Below, piece after piece: positions 25,656-37,444 of a DNA stretch of 64,000 nucleotides; positions within the stretch are counted from its first letter, which is position 1, and each line of letters opens with the position of its first letter. The notes under the pieces were generated by a model. That model saw nothing but the letters and a program-made list of their open reading frames with translations. It was not told the origin of the DNA and did not search any database. A program made the translations under genes and the position numbers. The stretch is taken from the NCBI GenBank assembly GCA_977017645.1, contig OZ360226.1, forward strand, positions 117,180,001-117,244,000, in the 5' to 3' direction. The DNA comes from Torpedo marmorata (taxonomy: Eukaryota).

Positions 25656-27250
25656 CCCCCCCCCTCTCGCTCCCCCCCTCCTCTCGCTTCCCCCCCCTTC
25701 CCTCCTCCCCCCTCCCTCCCTCCCCCCTCCCTCCCCCCTCCCTCCCCCCTCTCGCTCCCCCCTCTCGCTCCCCCCTCTCGCTCCCCCCTCTCGCTCCCCC
25801 CTCTCGCTCCCCCCTCTCGCTCCCCCCTCTCGCTCCCCCCTCTCGCTCCCCCCTCTCGCTCCCCCCTCTCGCTCCCCCCTCTCGCTCCCCCCTCTCGCTC
25901 CCCCCTCTCGCTCCCCCCTCTCGCTCCCCCCTCTCGCTCCCCCCTCTCGCTCCCCCCTCTCGCTCCCCCCTCGCTCGCCCCCCCTCTCGCTCGCCCCCCC
26001 TCTCGCTCGCCCCCCCTCTCGCTCGCCCCCCCCTCTCGCTCGCCCCCCCCTCTCGCTCGCCCCCCCCTCTCGCTCGCCCCCCCTCTCGCTCGCCCCCCCT
26101 CTCGCTCGCCCCCCCTCTCGCTCGCCCCCCTCTCGCTCCCCCCTCTCGCTCCCCCCTCTCGCTCCCCCCTCTCGCTCCCCCCTCTCGCTCCCCCCTCTCG
26201 CTCCCCCCTCTCGCTCCCCCCTCTCGCTCCCCCCTCTCGCTCCCCCCTCTCGCTCCCCCCCTCTCGCTCCCCCCCTCTCGCTCCCCCCCTCTCGCTCCCC
26301 CCCTCTCGCTCCCCCCCTCTCGCTCCCCCCCTCCTTCCCCCCCTCGCTCCCCCCTCCCTCCCCCTTCCCTCCCCCCTCTCGCTCCCCCCTCTCGCTCCCC
26401 CCTCTCGCTCCCCCTCTCGCTCCCCCCTCTCACTCCCCCCTCGCTCGCCCCCCCTCTCGCTCGCCCCCCCTCTCGCTCGCCCCCCCTCTCGCTCGCCCCC
26501 CCTCTCGCTCGCCCCCCCCTCTCGCTCGCCCCCCCCTCTCGCTCGCCCCCCCCTCTCGCTCGCCCCCCCCTCTCGCTCGCCCCCCCCTCTCGCTCGCCCC
26601 CCTCTCGCTCGCCCCCCCTCTCGCTCGCCCCCCCTCTCGCTCCCCCCTCTCGCTCCCCCCTCTCGCTCCCCCCTCTCGCTCCCCCCCCTCGCTCCCCCTG
26701 CCCCCTCGCTCCCCCTGCCCCCTCGCTCCCCCTGCCCCCTCGCTCCCCCTGCCCCCTCGCTCCCCCCGCCCCTCTCGCTCCCCCGCCCCCTCTCGCTGCC
26801 CTCGCCACCCCCCTCACCCTCCCCTCTTGCCCCCCCCTCTTGCCCCCCCCTCTCGCCCCCCCCTCTCGCCCCCCCCTCGCCCCCCCTCTCGCCCCCCCCC
26901 CTCGCCCCCCCTCTCGCCCCCCCCCTCTCGCCCCCCCCTCTCGCCCCCCCCTCTCGCCCCCCCCTCTCGCCCCCCCCTCTCGCCCCCCCCTCTCTCCCCC
27001 CTCGCTCGCTCCCCCCTCTCGCTTCCCCCCTGCCCCCTCGCTCCCCCTGCCCCCTCGCTCCCCCGCCCCTCTCGCTCCCCCCGCCCCTCTCGCTCCCCCC
27101 GCCCCTCTCGCTCCCCCGCCCCCTCTCGCTGCCCTCGCCACTCCCCCCTCTCGCCCCCCCTCCCCCTCTCGCCCTCCCCCTCTCGCCCCCCCCGCCTCTC
27201 GCCCCCCCCCCTCTCGCCCCCCCCCCCCTCTCGCCCCCCCCGGCTCCACC
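25656..27250. repeat. C-rich minisatellite (TCTCGCTCCCCCC and 13-18 bp variants)
   Basis: Directly visible tandem array that is almost free of adenine on the + strand. Confidence 0.95.
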
Positions 27251-27677
27251 CCTCACTAACAGAACCCTCGATTGCGAACCACGCCACACCACGATGAGGT
27301 TTATTATTCCCAGTTGCCAAGACGTGGGACGCTCCAGCCCACGTTGAAGCGACCCAAGCCTTGTGTTTATTACCTGCCACTCCTGGCTGGAAGCTGCAGC
27401 CGCCGCAGGAAAAATAGCCGTCTTCCTTACCCATAATCCCCCACACAGCTGGAACCGCTGTGCGTTTCCCTGGCGCTGGCAGAGTGGTTCCAGCTGCGTG
27501 GGGGATTATGGGTAAGGAAGACGGCCATTTTGCCCATTGATCCCGCACTGAGCCTCCGCTGCTGCTGGAACGGCCCCGAAGCGGCCTGATGAGATGCCGG
27601 CCCGGAACGGCGCGGTGAGGTGTCGGAGCAGTGCTCCGGGGTGCTCAAGAGGGATGGAGAATCTGTGTTGGGCTTGG

Positions 27678-27761
27678 GACTCAGATATTGGGCGGGCGAA
27701 CTCAGATATTGGGCAGGCGAACTCAGATATTGGGCGGGCAAACTCAGATATTGGGCGGGCG
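27678..27761. repeat. Four copies of a 21-bp subterminal repeat (AACTCAGATATTGGGCGGGCG)
   Basis: Directly visible; lies ~80 bp inside the right TIR of the hAT element. Confidence 0.9.
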
Positions 27762-28345
27762 AGGCGAGGACAGTGGCGCCCCCCTGCAAGTGGCGCCCAG
27801 GGCATGTGCCCTGGCTGCCATACCCTAGATATGCCTGTGTAATGGAAGGACCAGACTTATGAAACCTGGAGAAGCAGGAATATCTTTGTGTTGCAATGCA
27901 AAGTAACCTCGAATAGATCCTTTTGGATTTGATCTGCCATATTCACGATGTCAAGTCTACGTACTGGAGTTGAAATAGGAGTCAGGATTGATGATGTCAT
28001 CAAATCTTAACTTGCATATTTAGAGAAGAATCCCATTGCTTTTAGCCAGCTCAGAAGATTCAGAATGGAAGATTGACATGTATTTATTTTAATTGGATAT
28101 CTGTCTGGATAAATGGTTTTAATTTACCTCCCACAATTTTTGAAAAACTTCTACTCGTCTTGGAGTTTATAATTCTTTGTTGGAAATCGCATAACATATC
28201 AATATTGCAAAATGAGATTTTTGTTTTGTTTTTAAGTAGATGCTCTCTCAATACTTTGCAACTTTGTTTTAAAAATACCTGTAAAGTAAGGTGAACGCTT
28301 ACAATGCTTATAATCATTGAATATCATAGTTTCCATTATCTAGAC

Positions 28346-28678
28346 CAGGGGTGGCCAAACCTTTTTGGGAGTGGGCCACATACAGAAAAATATAAGGAGT
28401 TACGGGCCAAACAATATTAAGTCCAGCAGTTTTCAACCACTGCCGGCTCCTTTAACAGGCCGTTTAAAGCCTGTACAGAACTGATGGCAGTCGGACTGGG
28501 CGGATGGACCACGCGGAGGAGTGCTGAGACCGCTCCCTGCTCTCCGTGGGTCTGCATCAGCAGCAGCGCCGCTGTTACAGCAGCTCTGGCAGCACCGCCA
28601 TTTTTTTTCTTCTAACGGGCCACTTAAAATCGGGCAATGGGCCGCAGTTGGCCCGGGGGTCGTATTTGTCCACTTCTG
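28346..28678. mobile_element. hAT-Charlie-like MITE
   Basis: CAGGGGTGGCCAAA ... TTTGTCCACTTCTG. 8-bp TSD ATCTAGAC / ATCTCGAC (Charlie-type NTCTAGAN target). Confidence 0.8.
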
Positions 28679-29009
28679 ATCTCGACTGAAATTGACTTTC
28701 CTCTTCAACAAAAAGTGTCACTCTTCTGCATCCATTGTTGTTATGTTTGTTTCATGGATAAACAAGCCCCCCATATTACATGCTAATTGGTTGGCTCAGA
28801 GGTTGAGTTCAAACTCAACTGCACAGATGACCAACAAACCTGAACTAGTACTTCTGGAGATTGTGAAGACCATTAATGGCTTTGTGCTTAATTAATCAGT
28901 GGTAAGATATTAAATGGGGAGGGGGTGGTGATGGGGTTCATCGAGATATGAATAATCATGTGAAACTGCTAGAAGGGCAAGGAGTTTTTAAAATTTTTTA
29001 AAAATATTT

Positions 29010-29271
29010 TAAAATTTTAAATTTTAGACATTCAGCACGGTAACAGGCCATTTCGGCCCACGAGCCCGTGCCGCCCAATTTATACCCAATTAACCTACAC
29101 CCCTGGTACGTTTCAAACAGTGGGAGGAAACCGGAGCCCCCGGGGGGAAAACCCACGCAGACACGGGGAGAACGTACAAACTCCTTACAGACAGCGCGAG
29201 ATTCGAACCCCGGTCCCGATCACTGGCGCTGTAAATGCTTTGCGCTAACCACTACGCCAAACGTGCCGCCC
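29010..29271 (-). mobile_element. V-SINE
   Basis: Full-length reverse complement of the young subfamily. Confidence 0.9.
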
Positions 29272-29371
29272 TTGCAGAGTCATTTCTCCTGCAGTTGGGA
29301 CCAGATGGTCATTTGTCTTGGATTGAGGCAACATACAAATTGATCACCACGTTGTGTACAAAAGTAAATTA

Positions 29372-29610
29372 TAGAACATAAAACATTGCAGCACAGTACA
29401 GGCCCTTCAGCCCACAATGTTGTGCTGACCTATGTAAACTTTGCAACAATCTAATTTTACCCTAACTCACACCCATCACCCTCCACTTTTTCTTGCATCC
29501 ATGTGCCTATCTAAAATCTTTAGAATGTCCATATTATACCAACCTCCACTACCACCCCTGGCAATGCATTCCAGGCACCCACCTCTCTGTTTATATTAAA
29601 AAAACTTGCC
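29372..29610 (-). mobile_element. CR1/HER1 LINE 3' end
   Basis: gcacagtacaggcccttcagcccacaatgttgtgc...ggcaatgcattccaggcaccc. Confidence 0.75.
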
Positions 29611-29674
29611 TCTTGTCTGTGGGCATTTTGGGATATTTACTCATATGAAATGCACCAGTATAAATTCAAAATTC

Positions 29675-32635
29675 CCTCCCTCCAGGACACCCTTGTCCAC
29701 ACAACGGTTCCCACTAATCGCCTTCTCGGCACCTACCCCTGTGACCATAGGAAATGCGACACTGTGCCCGTATCTCCTCCCTCACCACCATTCGGGGCCC
29801 TAATCAGTCCTTCCAAATGAAGCAACACCCACCTGCAGGGGTCATCTTCTGCATCCAATGCTCACATTGTGGCCTCATCTACATCGGAGACGCTGGACGC
29901 AGACTAGTAGATAATTTAGTCAAGCATCTTTGCTCTGTCTGCTGCAATAACGGGTACCTCGCAGTGGCCAACTATTTTAATTCCACACCCTATTCCCAAA
30001 CCGACATGTCTGACCATGGCCTCATACACTGTGCAAAACCAAGGCAACCTGCAAATTGGAGGAACAACATCTAATATTCTACCTGGGCACTCTCCAACCA
30101 GATGGCATTAACATTGACTTCTCCAGTTTCCATTAGGCCCCTCCCCGTCTTTTTCTTTCCCTATCCCTCTGACTCCTTTCCTCCAGCTCCCCACCCCCTT
30201 CCCTCTGCATTTGGAGAGCTACCCTGTGGGGAAGGGCTAATTATGATGGGATGAGGCAGGAACTAGGGAGAGCAAATTGGGAACAGATGTTCTTGGAAGA
30301 AAGCACAGAAGTAATGTGGAAGATGTTTAGGGACCACTTGTGCAGGGTCCTGGATAGGTTTGTCCCACTGGGACAGGGAAAAGATGTTAGGAAAGGGGAA
30401 CCGGGTTGACAAAACAGGTGAGGCAGCTAGTTAAGAGGAAGAAGGAAGCATACGTTAGATTTAGGAAGCAACAAACAGGAAGGGCTCTTGAGAATCATAT
30501 GGTAGCCAGGAAGAAACAAGAAAGGACTTAGGAGAGCTAGAAGGGAGAAGACCTTGTAAAGTAGGATTAAGGAAAATTCTAAGGCCTTCTATGCATACAT
30601 GAAGAACAGAAGGACGACGAGAGTGAAGGTAGGGCCGCTTAAAGAGAAAGGAGGCAACATGTGCCTGGAGGTGGATGAGGTTGGGGAGGTCTTAAATGAA
30701 TACTTTGCTTCGGTATTCACCAGGGAAAAGGACCTTGGTCAAGGTGAGGTCAGAATAGAACAAGCTTATATGCTAAACAATGTTCCAATTAAGAAAGAGG
30801 AACTGCTGAATCTTATTAAAAACCATAGGATTGATAAGTCCTTAGGACTGGATGAGATATACCCTAGATTGCTATGGGAAAGGAGGGAAGAGATTGCTGG
30901 GGTGTTGGCAATTTGTGTCCTCCTTGGTCACAGGGGAGGTGCCGGAAGATTGGAAAATGGCATATGTGGTCCCCTTGTTTAAAAAAGGTAATAGGGTGAA
31001 TCCTGAGAATTATAGACCAGCGAGTCTTGCATCAGTGTTGGGCAAACTATTGGAAAGGATGCTTAAGGACAGGATTTACAAGCATTTAGAGAAGTACAGT
31101 CTTCTCAGAAATAGTTAGCATGGCTTTGTGAGGGGAAGGTTGTGCCTCACAAGCCTAGTCGAGTTTTTTGAGGTAACAAAAGAAATTGATGAAGGTAAGC
31201 AGGTAGATGTGGTGCATATGGATTTTAGTAAGGCATTTGACAAGGTTCCCCCATGGGAGACTCATTCAGAAAGTCATGAAGCATGGGATCCATGGAACCT
31301 TGGCTGTGTGGATTCTGAATTGGCTTGCCTGTAGAAAGCAGAGAGTAGTAGTGGACGGAAAGTCACTGGAGGTCAGTGACAAGTAGAGTTCCACTGGGAT
31401 CTGTTCTGGGGCCCCTGCTCTTTGTGATTTTTATAAATGACCTAGATGAATAAACAGAAGGATGGGTCAGTACTTTTGCGGATGATGCGAAGATTGGAGG
31501 AGTTGCGGATAGTGCTGAAGGTTGTCGTATGTTACAATAGGATATAGACAGAATGCAAAGTTGGGCAGAAAAGTGGCAGGAGTTCAATCCGGATAACTGT
31601 GAGGTGATACATTTTGGAAGGTCAAACCTGAAGGCAGAGTACATGGTTAATGGTCGGATACTTAACAGTGTGGAAGAACAGAGGGACCTTGGGGTCCAAA
31701 TCCATACATCTCTCAAGGTTGCCGTGCAGGTTGATAGGATATTTAAGAAGTCCGATGGTATGCTGGGCTTCATTCGTCGGAGGATTGTGTTCAGGAGTCG
31801 AGAGGTAATGTTGCAGCTCGATAAATCTCTGGTGAGATCACACTTGGAATATTGTGTTCAGTTCTGGTCACTTCATTACAGGAAGGATGTGGAAGCCATG
31901 GAGAGGGTGCAGAGGAGATTTACCAGGATGTTGCCTAGATTGGAAAATATGTCTTGTGAGGCAAGGTTAGCAAGGCTTTTCTCTTTGGAGCTAAGAAGGA
32001 TGAGAGGTGACTTAAGAGGTCTGCAAGATTATGAGAGGCACAGATAAGGTAGACAGCCAGCACCTTTTTCCCAGGGCAGGAGTAGCAAACACCAGAGGAC
32101 ATCTGTACAAAGTGAATGGAGGAAAATTTAAGGGAGACATCAGGGATAAGTTTTTTACACAGAATTGTGGATGCCTGGAATGCTTTGCCAAGGGTGGGGG
32201 TGGAGGTTGGAACAATAGGGGCATTAAAAAAAAACAAACTCAGACTAGCACATGATGAAAGAAAAATGAAGGGTTCTGAGGTAGGAAGGGTTTAAAATTG
32301 TTTTTGGATAGATTTTTACAAGTCGGCATAACATCATGGGCAGAAGGGCCTGAACTGTGCTGTAATGTTCCATGTACCTTCTCCCCCTATCACATCTCAG
32401 CATTTTTCTCTTCTGCCCTCCCATCCATATTCCCATCTGAACTCTCGCCTGTTGGCCTGTGCTTCTGCCCCTTCTTCACTCCTCTTCTCTCCTCCCCCCA
32501 CATTTTTATTCAGGTGCCTGCCTGCTTCTTGCTCATATCTTGATGAAGGGCTCAGGCCCGAAATGTTGGTTACCCATTGATTCCTATAGATGCTGTGTGA
32601 CCTACTGAGTTTCTCCAGCACTTTTGTGTACTGCT
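29675..32635 (+). mobile_element. Penelope-like element split by a CR1 insertion (29675-30225 and 32375-32635)
   Basis: GVIFCIQCSHCGLIYIGDAGRRL. The tail breaks at ...gagagctaccct and resumes at accttctccccctatcac; hammerhead motif at 32540-32570. Confidence 0.85.
30226..32374 (+). mobile_element. CR1 (HER1-like) LINE, 5'-truncated and degraded
   Basis: ORF pieces VPLFKKGNR..PENYRP, DFSKAFDKV and HLEYCVQFWS. Tail gaagggcctgaactgtgctgtaatgttcc. Confidence 0.92.
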
Positions 32636-32668
32636 CAGAATTATCTTTATATTTTTTCTTTCCTTGTA

Positions 32669-34669
32669 CAAGTATGCACCGCTTAGCATTATGCGATGTG
32701 GACGTTGTGCGAACACCATATTATATACTTAGCAAAGCTAAATGGGATACTGTAGTGTAAGTAGGGATCAGTGTGGGGACCGACACGGGGCTGTGGGCAG
32801 AGAGCGGGGCAGTGGGATCAGTGTGGGGATCGACACGGGGCTGTGCAGAGAGAGTGGGATCAGTGTGGGGACCGACACAGGGCTGTGGGCAGAGAGCGGG
32901 GCAGTGGGATCAGTGTGGGGACCGACACGGGGCTGTGGGCAGAGAGCGGGGCAGTGGGATCAGTGTGGGGACCGACACGGGGCTGTGCAGAGAGAGTGGG
33001 ATCAGTGTGGGGACCGACACAGGGCTGTGGGCAGAGAGCGGGGCAGTGGGATCAGTGTGGGGATCAACACGGGGCTGTGCAGAGAGAGTGGGATCAGTAT
33101 GGGGACTGACACAGGGCTGTGGGCAGAGAGCGGGGCAGTGGGAACAGTGTGGGGATCAACACGGGGCTGTGCAGAGAAAGTGGGATCAGTGTGGGGACCG
33201 ACACGGGGCTGTGGGCAGAGAGCGGGGCAGTGGGATCAGTGTGGGGATCGACACGGGGCTGTGGGGAGAGAGCGGGGCAGTGGGATCAGTGTGGGGACCG
33301 ACACGGGGCTGTGAGCAGAGAGCGGGGCAGTGGGATCAGTGTGGGGATCGACACGGGGCTGTGCAGAGAGAGTGGGATCAGTGTGGGGACCGATACAGGG
33401 CTGTGGGCAGAGAGCGGGGCAGTGGGATCAGTGTGGGGATAAACACGGGGCTGTGCAGAGAAAGTGGGATCAGTGTGGGGACCGACACGGGGCTGTGGGC
33501 AGAGAGCGGGGCAGTGGGATCAGTGTGGGGATCGACACGGGGCTGTGGGGAGAGAGCGTGGCAGTGGGATCAGTGTGGGGATCGACACGGGACTGTGGAG
33601 AGAGAGTGGGATCAGTGTGGGGACCGACACGGGGCTGTGGGGAGAGAGCGAGGCAGTGGGATCAGTGTGGGGACTGACACGGGGCTGTGGGGAGAGAGCG
33701 GGGCAGTGGGATCAGTGTGGCACCGACACGGGGCTGTTGGGAGAGAGCGGGGCAGTGGGATCAGTGTGGGGACTGATACAGGGCTGTGGGGAGAGCGAGG
33801 GCAGTGGGATCAGTGTGGGAATCGACACGGGACTGTGGGGAGAGCGTGGGGCAGTGGGATTAGTTGGGACTGATACAGGGCTGTGGGAAGAGAGTGGGGC
33901 AGTGGGATCAGTGTGGGGACCGACACGGGGCTGTTAGGAGAGAGCGGGGCAGTGGGATCAGTGGGGATCGACACTGGGCTGTGGAGGGAGAGCGGGGCAG
34001 TGAGATCAGTGTGGGGATCGACACGGGGCTGTGGAGAGAGAGCGGGGCAGTGGGATCAGTGTGGGGTCCGACACGGGGCTGTGGAGAGAGAGCGGGGCAG
34101 TGGGATCAGTGTGGGGACCGACACTGGGGAGAGAGCGGGGCAGTGGGATCAGTGTGGGGACTGACACGGGGCTGTGGGGACTGACACGGGGCAGTGGGGA
34201 GAGCGCGGGGCAGTGGGATTCGTTGGGACTGATACAGGGCTGTGGGGAGAGAGGGGGGCAGTGGGATCAGTGTGGGTACCGACACGGGGCTGTGGGGAGA
34301 GAGCGGGGCAGTGGGATCAGTGTGGGGATTGACACGGGGCTGTGGGGAGAGAGCGGGGCAGTGGGATCAGTGTGGGGACCGACACGGGGCTGTGGGGAGA
34401 GAGCGGGGCAGTGGGATCTGTGTGGGGACTGACACGGGGCTGTGGGGAGAGAATGGGGCAGTGGGATCAGTGTGGGGAATGACACGGGGCTGTGGGGAGA
34501 GAGAGGGGCAGTCGGATCAGTTTGGGTATACAGTATACAATTTCCTATAGCTAGCGATCGCTTTTTCTAAATTGCTGCTGACTTGCTCGCGGTAACTGAA
34601 TAATTATGGGACCATGGACGTATATGCGGTCGTTTTTTGCCAGAATGGACTTTAAGCGGCGTATACCTG
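32669..34669. mobile_element. Tigger/pogo-like non-autonomous element enclosing a G-rich minisatellite
   Basis: 17-bp TIRs CAAGTATGCACCGCTTA / revcomp CAGGTATACGCCGCTTA. Left flank is TA; right flank is AA (one mismatch). Confidence 0.65.
32764..34525. repeat. G-rich minisatellite with 50-bp and 42-bp unit variants
   Basis: Unit GGGATCAGTGTGGGGACCGACACGGGGCTGTGGGCAGAGAGCGGGGCAGT, roughly 35 copies by length. Confidence 0.95.
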
Positions 34670-35600
34670 AATATAAAACATCATTCTAACCACATGTAGG
34701 GAAGATAAATTCTGCTCCATTTCTTCAGATAGTACCACAGAATACAGGGACATAAGTTTGTAACCACCTCCTATGAAGGCTGGTTTTTATTTAAATACTA
34801 CAAGCTTACTTAATTTGATTTTGATTTTTTTAAAAAATTGAGGCATTATTGTACCTTCTTTTAGTTAATGTATGCTAGCAGTATGATTTCAATAATAAGT
34901 CAAATGCTTGTTCAATGGGAATACTGTTGGGTACCTTTCAATAAAAGTGAATTGTTCTGTCATGTTGATCAATTTATTTGATAAGTAATTTATCTCAATG
35001 TGCACATCCCAATTAACACAATATTTATGCCATAATATAAGAAGAATTTAATCTACGCCATTCTTGTATTCAGTTTACTATGAGGAAACAGTTCTTGTCA
35101 GATATGCAAATACCGGTATATATTTTTATAGCTTGTATCAAAGTGTAAAATTACCAGAGTAGTTAAGGAATTGTATCTGACAGGAGTGCATTATTTTCAG
35201 ACTTGCTAAATGAGTAACTAAGAACTGAATCTATTTTACTAAGTTGTAACCTATTCGAGAATTTCAGATAACTTAATTGCTTGAGTTTTTTGATCGGTTC
35301 CAGTATTTGTTTTCGAGTCAATCCCTCATTATAAGGATTTTGTGTGGCAGAAATATAATGAATGTACACAAGATTAATATTCATGGAGGTTCAGTTGAGT
35401 ATTATTTATTTATGGACATGGCAGTTTCATTAAATTCTGCGAAAAAAAAATCTGAATTGTGGTTGATAATTTTAAGATAACATTCAAGCCCTTTGATGAA
35501 TTATTACAATTAGTAGCGTCACCCAGGTTAATCTGCAGCAATTAAATAGGTTAATGTTTGTTCTGTTTTGTTTGACACCGTCTTTTTCTCATTAAACTAG

Positions 35601-37413
35601 ATTCTTCTGAAGACACCAAAACTGGATTGACATCAGGAATTGGGAAAAGCAATGCAAAGATGTCCTTCGCCTGAGATGAATTCTCTTGCTACATGCTCCC
35701 TTTTCCCTTTCATCATACTTGGCAGCATGGAACATTTTCCTGCACAGGATGTTTGCCCAATGTTTGCAGGTTATGTGCTGCTCCAGATAAGGCCTCTGGA
35801 ATTTGGAACTGTTTGGTTAAAAAGTGCCAAACTCATTACAGAATGTAATTTCCAAAACATAGATACATTGTATGCTTAATTAACAATTCTCGCTCTCTAA
35901 CTCTGAGCATTACATGTGCCTGATCTGGTTGTTAATTGTATCTTTAGCAAACCCGGTTCCAAAATCTTACACCTCTTCAACAAATTCTAGTAATGCATTG
36001 TGGAAAAACTGATGCAAATAACACACTTGCTATTTGCTTTAAAGCATCATCATCATTCACTTTTTAATTTGAATTTAAGGTTGAGATTAGTTTCCAAGCC
36101 TGTTGAATTGTAGTGACATTTAATTGCACTAGTGTTTTTCAACTGTTAAGCCTTAAGATGGACTGTTTGCACATTCAATATTTTTGACATGGATTTCTTT
36201 TACTGTACCACTTTTTTATGGTTTATCCAATAATACATTCATGCTAATAGAGAGAAAGGAAGATTTTAAAAAACAATCTTAAGATTTTGTATCTCCAGTG
36301 TTTTTAAACAATTTTAATGGCAATTGATTTGAAAACAAAGATTGGGTGGGGAGAGGTGGAAGGAGCTGAATTTTATTCCAAACTTGGGACACTGAGTTGA
36401 GTCACTTATCTTGGTGAAGTGGGTGAACAGTAAGAACAGATTGGGGACAAAATAGGAATCTAGTCTGAACCCATTAGTTTCCAATCTGACTGGTCAGGTG
36501 AAAATTGTCCCCTCTCTTTCTAATAATTATATTAAAGCAGATTGATAATGGATCTTGTGCAATACAGTTCAAAATATAAATATAACAAATTAATTTTAAG
36601 CTCTTGAAGTGCAGTATGAGTAGTTACAGTGAGTTTTTAGATTTTCAATACATTATTCCGTAGTTTGTTGAGAGTTTTATCCTTTCAACTAGATCATGTG
36701 GCCTTTCCACGGTAATGCTGCCCACAACTTGGGAAAGTGGAATATCCCAGCATTCCACTTACACACCATCCAATTGTTATTGACATGCAACCACCTTTTG
36801 TAAACGATATGACTATTTCAGAGAAGTCTAAACTTACCCATTCTCTTGATTATTCAGATTTTTGACTAGTTCTGAATTGGTTTTTAACATTGAAGTTACT
36901 TTAAACATCAATTCAAAAGGGTTTTTTATTTTGTACCTTGAGATTGATTTCAATTTTATGTGAAGTAATTTTGTTCTGATAGCTGGCAATTTATCATTGA
37001 TTGCTCACCGTTTGTAGTCTAGGTAAGAGCCAATGAGGACTTTTCTATTTAAAGTTTGCTGAGAAACAGTTTTACTAATTCTTTAATCTTTGGTATCCAA
37101 AAAGCAAAGCACAGGCAAAATTCTTACCTCAAGGAGATTCTATTTAACTATCTCAAAGCGATAGACGAATCTTGCTCTTTGACATTTAGCTTTAGCTTTA
37201 GACATAAACATTAGCTTTGCATTACCCACAATCTGATTGGATATTGAAAAACACAAATTGTCATTAGGAAAGCTAACCTCAAAAGTGTGTGCAACATTTT
37301 AAGCCAAGGATAGTAATTTATCCCCAATTCAAAGGCATTGTGCTCTGCCTTTAAAAGTCCTACCTTCTGAATGGTATTGAGTGGAATTATGATGCTGATA
37401 CAGTTATACTGAC

Positions 37414-37444
<31 letters not shown>

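Larger units (their letters stand above)
25408..27839. mobile_element. Non-autonomous hAT element containing a large C-rich tandem array
   Basis: 16-bp TIRs CAGTGGCGTATCTAGG / revcomp CACAGGCATATCTAGG. Perfect 8-bp TSD TAATGGAA at 25400-25407 and 27840-27847. Confidence 0.85.
25147..35600 (+). other. FOXO1: FOXO1 intron 2 (within the 3' UTR)
   Basis: Donor AG|GTGAGC at 25147, 13 nt after the stop. Acceptor tctttttctcattaaactAG at 35599-35600, immediately before sequence resembling the mammalian FOXO1 last exon (from recall). Confidence 0.75.

Noticed and set aside
25612-27548. 545/549-aa Gly/Arg/Glu-rich and Pro-rich ORFs
   Set aside because: Stop-free translations of a low-complexity tandem array; open in several frames with no splice or domain evidence.
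32742-34550. Overlapping repetitive ORFs and a CRISPR-like periodic appearance
   Set aside because: Head-to-tail minisatellite with no unique spacers and no cas genes, in a vertebrate intron.
37420-37444. Poly(A) run as a transcript end or retrocopy tail
   Set aside because: No upstream AATAAA or TSD; conserved-looking UTR blocks continue downstream. It is a likely internal-priming site.
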